NCBI GenBank assembly: GCA_964544485.1
Contig: CAZJBH010000002.1
Location: 1-39,402 of the forward strand
DNA length: 39,402 bases
From: an uncultured Candidatus Saccharibacteria bacterium
GTDB taxonomy: Bacteria; Patescibacteriota; Minisyncoccia; Portnoybacterales; UBA2143
Direction of reading: 5' to 3'
Shown here: positions 25,773 through 33,969 of the stretch, one piece after another
How positions within the stretch are numbered: position 1 is the stretch's first letter
Layout of the letters: each line of letters opens with the position of its first letter
Made by a program: the position numbers and the translations under genes
The notes under the pieces: model-generated
The model's input: the letters and a program-made list of their open reading frames with translations, nothing else
The model's database searches: none
What the model was told of the DNA's origin: nothing

Positions 25773-26174
25773 ATGACTCGAGCCAGAGTTTTTTCACTTT
25801 TATTGCTTGTGATGGTAATTGCGTTTTATGCGGTTTTGCATAATAGCGATTTGATTTATTTGCAAAAAATTGATCAGCAAATTGATCAAAAAATAGTTTC
25901 CCCAGTTAAACATTTTGGCAACTTTCTGAAACAAAAATTCTTTCCTGAAAAAATTAATCAAGCTCAGGATAAACTTAGCCAAACCATAGATGAAAAACAG
26001 GATCAGCTTGAAGAAAAAAGCAAAAAATATGCTAAAGAAAAAACTAAATCATGGTTTACTCATAAGCTGGATACAGTTAAGCAAGCTTTAAATCCCCTAA
26101 AAATCAAAATTCAACAGGGGAGCGATTGGCTTAAAGAAAGGGCAATCAAAGTTAAAGATTCTGTATTTAATTAA
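25773..26174 (+). CDS. hypothetical protein with an N-terminal TM anchor and a charged helical region
   Basis: 133 aa. It is co-oriented with the upstream gene and separated from it by only 4 nt. I recognise no motif. Confidence 0.5.
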   Translation: MTRARVFSLLLLVMVIAFYAVLHNSDLIYLQKIDQQIDQKIVSPVKHFGNFLKQKFFPEKINQAQDKLSQTIDEKQDQLEEKSKKYAKEKTKSWFTHKLDTVKQALNPLKIKIQQGSDWLKERAIKVKDSVFN

Positions 26175-26246
26175 GGAGAGTAGTAAAATATAATTTATTA
26201 AAAGAAAGAGGGGAGAATGGAGCAAGGGATTATCCACAAAAACAAT

Positions 26247-26275
26247 TTGACAGCCTAAAAGCTGTATTTTAAGAT
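26247..26275 (+). promoter_or_regulatory. promoter for the xer-nuclease pair (TTGACA-N17-TAAGAT)
   Basis: TTGACA at 26247-26252, a 17-nt spacer, then TAAGAT at 26270-26275, about 50 nt upstream of the ATG at 26326. Confidence 0.45.
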
Positions 26276-26325
26276 AATAATAAGGTCGCATAATATACCT
26301 TAATACACTATTAATAAAAAAGATA

Positions 26326-27258
26326 ATGAGAAAAAGCAATCAGCCATTAATTTCTTATTTAACTAGTTTTTTAGATTGGTTAGATATTGAAAAAGGTTTA
26401 TCTAATAAATCACAGGAAAACTATTCCCGCTTTTTAAATAAGTTTGTCAATTGGTTAAAAGAAAAAAAAATATCAGATTTAAAACCTCATCAGCTCTCCC
26501 CTAGTCATATTTGGGATTATCGAGTTTATCTTGCGCGTCAATCAAAAAAGCCATTAAAAAAATCAACTCAAAATTATTATTTAATTGCTTTGCGTTCTTT
26601 TTTGAATTATTTTGCTAATCAAGATATACTTTGTTTACCGGCTGAGAAAATAAAATTAGCTAAGACTAAAGGTGAAAAAAAAGTTCATTTTTTAACTTAT
26701 GAACAAATTGAAAAACTATTATCTATTCCGGATACAAATAAAAAAAATGGCTTAAGAGATAGAGCCATTTTAGAAATTTTATTTTCAACCGGTTTAAGAA
26801 TAGCTGAGTTAGTAGCTCTTAATCGAGATCAAATAAATATTAAATCAAATTCTAAATATTTTGAATTAGGTATTATTGGTAAAGGAAGTCATCCAAGAAC
26901 TGTATATTTTTCAGAGCGGGCTATCTATTGGCTTAACAAGTATCTAGAAACTAGAGCTGATTTAGAAAAACCTCTTTTTATTAATTACCAAGGCAGAAAA
27001 AATAAGCCAAGCCGTTTAACTGATCGTTCAATTGAAAGAAATATCAAAAGATACGCTCTAATAGCCGGTTTGCCGTCTAATACTACTCCTCATACGCTTC
27101 GTCATTCATTTGCTACTGATTTATTAAATAAAGGAGTTGATTTAAGATTAATCCAGGAATTTTTAGGGCATCAGAATATAATTACTACTCAAATTTATGC
27201 TCATGTAACTAATAAAAAATTGCGTGAAGTTCATCAAAAATTTCATGGGAAAAAATAA
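26326..27258 (+). CDS. tyrosine site-specific recombinase, XerC/XerD-like
   Basis: It has an N-terminal SAM-like core-binding domain. The catalytic residues are in GLRIAEL (R), HTLRHSFAT (H-x-x-R) and LGHQNIITTQIYAHV (H...Y). Confidence 0.88.
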   Translation: MRKSNQPLISYLTSFLDWLDIEKGLSNKSQENYSRFLNKFVNWLKEKKISDLKPHQLSPSHIWDYRVYLARQSKKPLKKSTQNYYLIALRSFLNYFANQDILCLPAEKIKLAKTKGEKKVHFLTYEQIEKLLSIPDTNKKNGLRDRAILEILFSTGLRIAELVALNRDQINIKSNSKYFELGIIGKGSHPRTVYFSERAIYWLNKYLETRADLEKPLFINYQGRKNKPSRLTDRSIERNIKRYALIAGLPSNTTPHTLRHSFATDLLNKGVDLRLIQEFLGHQNIITTQIYAHVTNKKLREVHQKFHGKK

Positions 27259-27261
27259 ATT

Positions 27262-28407
27262 ATGCGTATTTCTTATTCCGGATTAGAATCTTTTTCTAAT
27301 TGTCCGGCAAAATATAAATATCAATATATTGATCGAATTAAAGCTGTTAAATCAAAAGAAGCTGTTTTTGGCACCTTAATTCATGAATGCCTTAAGCTTT
27401 TTCATGAGCCAAGCCAGCCAGTCCCCTTATCTGAAGATGAATTATTAAAAATTTATACTCAAAAATGGAATTCTTCAGTTTATCAAGACAAACAAGAAGA
27501 AGCTTTTGCTTTTCATCAAGGAATTGAGATTCTTAAAAATTACTATGTTCAAAATCAAAGCAAGAATTTTAATATAGTTAATTTAGAATCTCCTTTTGAA
27601 GCTTTAATTAAAGATAAAGATAAAAATGAATTTCATCAAATTACCGGACGAATAGATAGAATTGATAAATTAGAAGATGGATCTTTTGAAGTGATTGATT
27701 ATAAAACAAGCAAAAAAATGCCTGCCCAAAGAGAAATTGACAATAATTTTCAATTATCAGTTTATTATCTTGGTTTAACTAATCGTTGGCCTTCTTTGAA
27801 AGAAAAGAATAAGCCGATTAAATTATCTTTATATTATCTTAAACATGGAGAAAAATTATCTACTTTTCAAAATCAGGAAAAAATAAAACAGAATCAGGAT
27901 AGAATTTTAGAATTAATTGATCAAATTAAACAAAGTAATTTTGACCCAATTTTAAATCCCCTTTGCGATTGGTGCTCTTATCAGAAATATTGTCCTTTAT
28001 TTAGGCATAAATTTATTAAGCAAGATTCCCCTTCTTTGGATGAGAAGAAAATCCAGGAAATTATTCAGGAATATTTTGAGCTTAAAGAGAATCAATCGCA
28101 AGAGAATCAAAGATTAGCGCAATTAAAAGATCAGATAAATAAATATTGCGATGAGAATAATTTAGACAGAATTTTTGGCGATCAAGGATATATCGCCAGA
28201 AGCATTCAAAAAAGATATGATTATGATGCTGATAAATTAAAGCAAATTTTAGAACCCTTAGGAAAATGGAGTCAAATTTTAAGTTTAGATACAAAAAAAT
28301 TCAAAGCGCTTTATGATTCTCTTCCCTATCAAGTCAGAAAAAAAATTCAAAAAGCTAAAACTAAAGAAAAAGAATTTAAAACGATTTCAATTAGAAAAAA
28401 TAAATAA
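27262..28407 (+). CDS. PD-(D/E)XK nuclease with Cas4/AddB-type 4-Cys Fe-S module plus a ~130-aa C-terminal extension
   Basis: One Cys is near the N-terminus (SNCPAKY) and CDWCSYQKYC (CX2CX5C) lies downstream. The nuclease core is GRIDRID...FEVIDYKT (D...E-x-K) with QLSVYY (QxxxY). It starts 3 nt after the xer stop. Confidence 0.75.
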   Translation: MRISYSGLESFSNCPAKYKYQYIDRIKAVKSKEAVFGTLIHECLKLFHEPSQPVPLSEDELLKIYTQKWNSSVYQDKQEEAFAFHQGIEILKNYYVQNQSKNFNIVNLESPFEALIKDKDKNEFHQITGRIDRIDKLEDGSFEVIDYKTSKKMPAQREIDNNFQLSVYYLGLTNRWPSLKEKNKPIKLSLYYLKHGEKLSTFQNQEKIKQNQDRILELIDQIKQSNFDPILNPLCDWCSYQKYCPLFRHKFIKQDSPSLDEKKIQEIIQEYFELKENQSQENQRLAQLKDQINKYCDENNLDRIFGDQGYIARSIQKRYDYDADKLKQILEPLGKWSQILSLDTKKFKALYDSLPYQVRKKIQKAKTKEKEFKTISIRKNK

Positions 28408-28761
28408 TTATTGATTATATTTTTCAAAATTTCCGCATGGAGAATATCCTTTTTCTTGGGCTTCTTTTTCTGAATCAAACCAAATTTGATTTTGAGGAGA
28501 TATTTTTTTTGACCAAGGACAATCAGGATGATGATATTTGTTGCTGTTAATACTGCCAATTAATCTATTTTCTTTTGTTGTTGATGAAGCGGTTTTTTTA
28601 ATTTCTGTCTGAGGAGAATGAATTATAATTGGACTTTGCGATTTTTTTAAATCAATTAATAATCCAGCTCCAAAGCTAGATAAACCAATTAAGAGAATAG
28701 TTAAAATCCACAAAAAATCAGTTTTATTTTGCTTGACTGAATCTTTAAAATCAGATAACAT
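28408..28761 (-). CDS. membrane-anchored small protein with a C-terminal Ada-N-like motif (YHxxxC...F.S..EA...GY.PC)
   Basis: 117 aa with one TM (FLWILTILLIGLSSFGAGLLI). The C-terminal KYHHPDCPWSKKISPQNQIWFDSEKEAQEKGYSPCGNF resembles the metal-binding region of the Ada N-terminal domain. Its stop codon abuts the nuclease stop, with no spacer at all. Confidence 0.55.
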   Translation of the reverse strand: MLSDFKDSVKQNKTDFLWILTILLIGLSSFGAGLLIDLKKSQSPIIIHSPQTEIKKTASSTTKENRLIGSINSNKYHHPDCPWSKKISPQNQIWFDSEKEAQEKGYSPCGNFEKYNQ

Positions 28762-28785
28762 ATATAAAGTTAATAAAATTTTATT

Positions 28786-29058
28786 ATGTCAAAGACAAAA
28801 GCTTCTGGGACAACGACCTTAGGACGCGATTCTAATCCAAAATATTTAGGATTAAAATTAGCATCAGGACAAAAAGCCCAGTCCGGTTCAATTATTGTTA
28901 GACAAAACGGTTTAGTCTATCTGCCTGGAAAAAATGTTCGCAAAGGCAGAGATAATACCCTTTATGCGGTTGCTGAGGGAGTAGTTAAATTTGCTACTAA
29001 AAAAATTAAGCGTTTTGACGGAAACAGAAGAAAGGCAAAAGTAATTAGCGTGGAATAG
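28786..29058 (+). CDS. rpmA: 50S ribosomal protein L27
   Basis: GRDSNPKYLGLKLASGQKAQSGSIIVRQNG...GRDNTLYA matches the conserved L27 core. Confidence 0.92.
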   Translation: MSKTKASGTTTLGRDSNPKYLGLKLASGQKAQSGSIIVRQNGLVYLPGKNVRKGRDNTLYAVAEGVVKFATKKIKRFDGNRRKAKVISVE

Positions 29059-29086
29059 AAAAATAAAAGGAGCGCTCTCTAAAAGA

Positions 29087-29121
29087 ATAAAAAAAAGGCA
29101 ATTAAATGCCTTATTTTTTTT
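29087..29121. terminator. bidirectional terminator between rpmA(+) and rplI(-)
   Basis: Stem AAGGCA (29095-29100) / TGCCTT (29107-29112), with an A8 run on the left and a T8 run on the right. Confidence 0.6.
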
Positions 29122-29575
29122 ATTCTTTTTCTTCTTGTGGAGTAATAATAAGTTTTATTCCGCATTCTAGATTATGAGGCAGCTCAATAGTTATATCATA
29201 CTCCCCTGTTTCTTTGATTGGCTCTTTTAATTTAATTTGTTCTTTATTAACTGAAAATCCGAGTTGATTTAATTTTTCGCTTATTTTTTCCGCATTAATC
29301 GCTCCATATAATTTTTTTTCATCGCTAACCTTGCTTTTTATTTCAATTTCATAACCATCAAGTTGGCTGGCAATATTTTGGTAATTAAGTAATTCTTGTT
29401 CTGCTTCTTGTTCTTCTTGTTTTTTTAGCTGATCAAGCTTATTTAATTCCTGCTGAGTAGCTAGAATGGCTTTTTTGTTTGGTAATAAAAAATTCCTGGC
29501 ATAGCCATCTTTAACGATTTTAACTTCTTTCTTTTTGCCTAATTTTTTAATATCTTGCAATAAGATTACTTTCAT
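29120..29575 (-). CDS. rplI: 50S ribosomal protein L9
   Basis: MKVILLQDIKKLGKKKEVKIVKDGYARNFLLPNKKA is the canonical L9 N-terminus. I prefer the ATG at 29575 to the track start at 29596, which would overlap acyP. Confidence 0.9.
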   Translation of the reverse strand: MKVILLQDIKKLGKKKEVKIVKDGYARNFLLPNKKAILATQQELNKLDQLKKQEEQEAEQELLNYQNIASQLDGYEIEIKSKVSDEKKLYGAINAEKISEKLNQLGFSVNKEQIKLKEPIKETGEYDITIELPHNLECGIKLIITPQEEKE

Positions 29576-29579
29576 ATTT

Positions 29580-29858
29580 TTAGTGTTTAATTCCAAAGCT
29601 ATTCAGCGGTTTTTTAATTTCTTCCCATTTAATTTCAATTTTATCAACTTTAGCTAAGATAGGTCCATTATAGCACCAGTCAATAAATTTTTTCAAGTTT
29701 TCTTTTTCTCCTTGGGCTTTAATTATAACCGAGCCATTGTTTCGGTTTTTTGCCCACCCGGTTAAATTAAATTTGCGCGCTTTTTTACGAGCGCTGTCTC
29801 GATAAAAAACCCCTTGAACACGCCCGTGAATTTTTAAAATAACTTGTTTATTCTCCAT
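29580..29858 (-). CDS. acyP: acylphosphatase
   Basis: 92 aa. HGRVQGVFYR and GWAKNRNNGSV are the acylphosphatase signatures. Confidence 0.85.
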   Translation of the reverse strand: MENKQVILKIHGRVQGVFYRDSARKKARKFNLTGWAKNRNNGSVIIKAQGEKENLKKFIDWCYNGPILAKVDKIEIKWEEIKKPLNSFGIKH

Positions 29859-31077
29859 TATTTAAGACTTCTAAAGCTTTTTTTAGTTGAGGATCTTCCA
29901 TCTGATCAATATCTTCTTCAGTTATTTCTACTTCATAATCAGGGCTGATTCCTTCTTCGCTAATAGAAATTCCATTTGGGGTAAGCCATTTAGCAACCGT
30001 GATTTTAATACTTGCTCCGTCTTTTAATTTTTCCATTTGCTGAACTGATCCTTTGCCAAAACTTTGCTTGCCAACAATTGGAATATTGACTATATCTCTT
30101 AAAGCGCCAGCAACGATTTCTGAAGCAGAAGCAGATCCTTGGTTAATCAGAACTACTGTTGAAAGATTGTTAATTCCTTGATATCCTTTGCTCCGATAAA
30201 GAATATCATCTTCTCCGTTGCCAAAAGTTTCTTTGACTATTGTTTCTCCTTTTGGTAAAAACCAGCTAGCAATATCAACCGCAACTTCTAGATACCCGCC
30301 CGGATTATTGCGCAAATCAAGAATTATTCCTTGAGCCGGAGTTTTTGAAATTTCTTGAATAACTTTAGCAAATTCTTGGCTTGAATTTTCAGTAAAATGA
30401 TAAAATTGAATATGGGCAAATTTACCTTGGTTATCTTTTTTTCCGGAAAGATTTAATAAATCCCATTTAATAATTGGAATTTCTATTTTATCTCGAATAA
30501 TGGTAATATCCTTAGCTTCTTCCCATCCTTCTCTAGCGATTAATAATTTAACCGGTTTTCCTTTTTCTCCGCGAATTAATTGGACTGCTTCGTCTAAGGT
30601 TAAATTAGAAGTTAATTTATCATCAACTTTTAATACATTATCCCCTGCTTTAAGTCCGGCTTTTTCTGCCGGGCTGTTTTCTAATGGAGAAATAATTGTT
30701 AAAGTTTCTTTCCGAATGCCTACTTCTGCTCCAATGCCAAAGAAAGAGCCTTGAATATTTTCCATGAATTGCTGGCTATCTTTTGGTTCCATGAATACAG
30801 AATAAGGATCATCAAGCGATTCTAAAAGTCCTGAGATAGCGCCATAGATCATTTCTTGTTTATCTAAATCATTTCTATTCACATATTTTGTTTCTACAAC
30901 GCGCCAAGCATCCCAAAAAATGCTAAAATCAACATTTTCTGAATATTCAGATGTTTTATTATCTATTCCTTCAATTTTTTCAACTGATGGCCTTAATTCG
31001 TTGCCAACAAAATAGCCGATTCCAAAGATAAGAATTAAACAAATGATTAAACTTATTTTTGCTAAATATTTTTTCAT
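29848..31077 (-). CDS. ctp: carboxy-terminal processing protease (S41) with PDZ domain
   Basis: It has an N-terminal TM and a PDZ domain (GLKAGDNVLKVDD). DLRNNPGGYL and GSASASEI (Ser nucleophile region) are also present. Confidence 0.88.
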   Translation of the reverse strand: MKKYLAKISLIICLILIFGIGYFVGNELRPSVEKIEGIDNKTSEYSENVDFSIFWDAWRVVETKYVNRNDLDKQEMIYGAISGLLESLDDPYSVFMEPKDSQQFMENIQGSFFGIGAEVGIRKETLTIISPLENSPAEKAGLKAGDNVLKVDDKLTSNLTLDEAVQLIRGEKGKPVKLLIAREGWEEAKDITIIRDKIEIPIIKWDLLNLSGKKDNQGKFAHIQFYHFTENSSQEFAKVIQEISKTPAQGIILDLRNNPGGYLEVAVDIASWFLPKGETIVKETFGNGEDDILYRSKGYQGINNLSTVVLINQGSASASEIVAGALRDIVNIPIVGKQSFGKGSVQQMEKLKDGASIKITVAKWLTPNGISISEEGISPDYEVEITEEDIDQMEDPQLKKALEVLNNGE

Positions 31078-31085
31078 TTCAAATT

Positions 31086-31874
31086 TTAATTATAGCGGTA
31101 TTTTAAAAAGTATTTTAAAGCGCTCAAAGTATGTATGCGGGTATATTTATTTAAGAAAAAATCTAATATTCCGCCCCATTTTTTGCTAATCCGATAATAA
31201 TAATGGGACATTTTTGCTTCTGGAAGATAGATCACTTTTAAATTATTTTTCCAAAAACGCTGGCACCAGTCTGTATCTTCTAAATACATAAAAAATCTTT
31301 CATCTAGCAGGCCAATTTTTTCAAGTAATGATTTTTTTGTCATCATAGCGGATCCTTGTATCCAGTCAACCGGAGTTGGTTTTGAAAAATCATAATTATT
31401 TAATAAAAAGTGATTTAGTCTTTTTTTGCCCCAGTTTAATTTTCCTAAAAAAGTGCGCCGGGCAAAAAATGTTCCAATTGTAGGAAAAGCAAAACAAGAT
31501 TTTTGCGGTTGATTGTTAAAAGCGAGCAATTTGGGTCCAACTAAACCAACTTCATGATTTTTTTCAAAATAGTCTAGCATTTTTTCTATAGTATTTTTTA
31601 AGACCATAATATCTGCGTTTAAAATTAGCAAATATTCCCCTTTTGCTTTTTTGATTCCAGCATTAGTCATTTTAGCATAACCGACATTTTTAGTAAAAGG
31701 AATGAATTCTACTTGAGGAAATTTTTCTAAAATCATTTCTCTTGAAAATTTTTCGCTTTCTCCGTCTACAATAATTATTTCATGTTCAAGATTGCCAATA
31801 TTCTCATATATGGATTTAAGGCAAAGTTTAAGCAAGATAGGAGTTTTGTAATGAGTGATAATAATACTAATCAT
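31086..31874 (-). CDS. glycosyltransferase family 2
   Basis: MISIIITHYK...IIIVDGES...LILNADIMV gives a GT-A fold with a DxD-like motif. Confidence 0.8.
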   Translation of the reverse strand: MISIIITHYKTPILLKLCLKSIYENIGNLEHEIIIVDGESEKFSREMILEKFPQVEFIPFTKNVGYAKMTNAGIKKAKGEYLLILNADIMVLKNTIEKMLDYFEKNHEVGLVGPKLLAFNNQPQKSCFAFPTIGTFFARRTFLGKLNWGKKRLNHFLLNNYDFSKPTPVDWIQGSAMMTKKSLLEKIGLLDERFFMYLEDTDWCQRFWKNNLKVIYLPEAKMSHYYYRISKKWGGILDFFLNKYTRIHTLSALKYFLKYRYN

Positions 31875-31876
31875 TT

Positions 31877-32911
31877 TTAATCAAATATATTTTTACAAAC
31901 TTTTTGAATTTCATTAAAATTATCTCCTTTTGGCAATAAAACATATTCTTGGTTAATAAAGGTATGATAAAGCAGCCCGTTTTCGCTGTTATCAAAATAT
32001 CTAACGCTAATTTGTTTTTTGTCTAAATTATTGGCTAAATTAATCAAAGTTTTAATATCTGCTAATTGCATATCTGTTTTTAAGTGGTCTCCTAAAACAT
32101 CTAAAGTTTGATAAATTTTAACTGGATTGGCTAAAAAACCCAAAGAAAGCGCTTTTTCTTTAATTGCTAAAAGAACTTGTTGTTGCCTATTCATACGGTC
32201 AAAATCATCTGTAGAATATCTGGAACGGACATAGTATAAGGCGGTTTTGCCGTCTAAATGATTATTTCCTTCTGGAACTTGGAAAACCCATTTTTCTTCT
32301 CCTTCAATTTCTTTAATTTGCCAATATTTATTTTCTTCCCATCCTTCTCTAGCCCATTGAAAGCTTTCTTGAAAGGGTTGATTTAGATAAACATCTATTC
32401 CTCCTAGAATATCAATTATTTTAATTAATCCTTGAAAATCAGCTGAAGCAGCAAAATCAATATATTCTCCGGATAGATAAGAAAGAGTTTTTTTAGCGCA
32501 TTCTAATCCTCCTTGCGCATAGGCAAAATTAATTTTTTTCTTATTCTCATCGCACCAAAGTTGAGCGTAAATATCGCGCGGAAATGAAATCAAAGCTAAT
32601 TTATCGCTTTTTTTATCTATGCTTACCATAATCATAGTATCAGATAAATATTTTCCTTCTCCGGGATCATCTGGTCCGCGAAATCCCAATAAAAGAATAT
32701 TTATCCGATCCGGATTTTTTTTAGGTAAATCAGGCAAATCTTTGCCGCTTGGCAGCATATTTGCTAAACCATCCCAATTAACCACTTTGCTAATTGTAAA
32801 ACTGGCTTTAAAAAAGAAAAGCGAAAAAAAGCCGATTAAAATTAAAATTAAAATGATTGGCCAAATTCTGCGTTTTTTCTTTTTGGGGAGATATGAATTT
32901 TGATCTTGCAT
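31877..32911 (-). CDS. LytR-CpsA-Psr (LCP) family glycopolymer-peptidoglycan ligase
   Basis: It has an N-terminal TM, then INILLLGFRG...SDTMIMVSIDKKSDKLALISFPRD, the LCP core signature. Confidence 0.85.
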   Translation of the reverse strand: MQDQNSYLPKKKKRRIWPIILILILIGFFSLFFFKASFTISKVVNWDGLANMLPSGKDLPDLPKKNPDRINILLLGFRGPDDPGEGKYLSDTMIMVSIDKKSDKLALISFPRDIYAQLWCDENKKKINFAYAQGGLECAKKTLSYLSGEYIDFAASADFQGLIKIIDILGGIDVYLNQPFQESFQWAREGWEENKYWQIKEIEGEEKWVFQVPEGNNHLDGKTALYYVRSRYSTDDFDRMNRQQQVLLAIKEKALSLGFLANPVKIYQTLDVLGDHLKTDMQLADIKTLINLANNLDKKQISVRYFDNSENGLLYHTFINQEYVLLPKGDNFNEIQKVCKNIFD

Positions 32912-32913
32912 AA

Positions 32914-33969
32914 TTAATTTTTAAACCAAGTTTGAATTTGTTTTAATCCTATTTTCTTATTAGCCATAATTATTTTCCTTTTGCGCCAGGCATTCGGCAT
33001 TTGTTTAAATAAATCTTTTAAGGCTTTTAAAGTATAAGCTTCAAAGATTAAAATATAGGCCCAAGAACCGCATTCTTTGATTAGAATTTCAGGCATTCTT
33101 TTAATAAAATGCCAAGGTAGCTCATTTTTAATTTGCATCAAACGCTGATTTTTAAAAGCTAAATATTTGCTAAATTTATTAATTTTTCTTCTTTCTCTAA
33201 TAATTTCTAAATAATTTGTTGCAGCGCTTTCTCCAGCGGTTCTGTCATGCCAAGCTAGCGCTTCTGGCTGATAATAGCTTTCCCAGCCGTATAATCTTAA
33301 ACGCCAAGCTAAATCAACATCTTCTTTATAGGCAAAAAAATCTTCGTCAAAATATTCTTTTTTGTGATTCAATTCTATTTTAATATTTTCTAAAGCTTTT
33401 TTGCGATAAACCGGGGCTGCTCCATCAGCTCCGAAAATAGGTTCAATTTTATTTTCTTTAAAATTATCAATTTGTCCTTGTTCTTGATTGATGATTCGTC
33501 CGTTTTTAAGCATTTTTAATCCTTTGGTATCAATGATATAACAAACATTGTAATCAGCAAAATTATTTAAAAAATTTGCTTTTCCGCTCCAGCGAAGAAG
33601 CTTTCCCTGCATAGCTGCTGCTTGAGGAAATTGCTTAAATGCTTTTATTATTTGACTGATAAAATGCTTATCCAAAACTATGTCTTGATTTAGGCAAAGA
33701 ATGTATTCTCCTTGAGCTTGCTTAATTCCTTGATTTTGCCCTTTGGCAAATCCAACATTTTTTTTATTGTAATTTATCTTAATCTGTTTATTTTCAGCTT
33801 TAATTTTTTTTAAATAATTAATTGTTTTATCAGAAGAAGCATTATCTGTGATTATAATTTCCAGATTTGGATAAGTTTGATTTAAAACCGAAGTTAAACA
33901 AGACTGAATATATTTTTGGCCGTTAAAAGAAAGCAAATGGATAGTAACTAATGGATTAGTTTGTTTCAT
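32914..33969 (-). CDS. glycosyltransferase family 2
   Basis: VTIHLLSFNGQKYI...IIITDNASSD...CLNQDIVL gives a GT-A fold. The DVDLAWRLRLYGW block is typical of the rhamnosyl/GT2 clade. Confidence 0.8.
   Translation of the reverse strand: MKQTNPLVTIHLLSFNGQKYIQSCLTSVLNQTYPNLEIIITDNASSDKTINYLKKIKAENKQIKINYNKKNVGFAKGQNQGIKQAQGEYILCLNQDIVLDKHFISQIIKAFKQFPQAAAMQGKLLRWSGKANFLNNFADYNVCYIIDTKGLKMLKNGRIINQEQGQIDNFKENKIEPIFGADGAAPVYRKKALENIKIELNHKKEYFDEDFFAYKEDVDLAWRLRLYGWESYYQPEALAWHDRTAGESAATNYLEIIRERRKINKFSKYLAFKNQRLMQIKNELPWHFIKRMPEILIKECGSWAYILIFEAYTLKALKDLFKQMPNAWRKRKIIMANKKIGLKQIQTWFKN

Noticed and set aside
26097-26339. 80-aa minus-strand ORF spanning the xer upstream region
   Set aside because: It overlaps the end of the 25773-26174 gene and the xer start. 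It has low-complexity I/L/F/Y content, no RBS, and covers the predicted xer promoter.
28082-28559. Minus-strand ORFs 28082-28294 and 28347-28559
   Set aside because: One is antisense to the nuclease and the other is out of frame with the 117-aa gene. They are AT-rich artefacts.
26326-28761. Integrated mobile element or prophage remnant defined by the tyrosine recombinase
   Set aside because: Composition is the same as the host background. I found no flanking direct repeats and no phage or transposon genes. The recombinase has a XerC/D-like core-binding domain and motifs.
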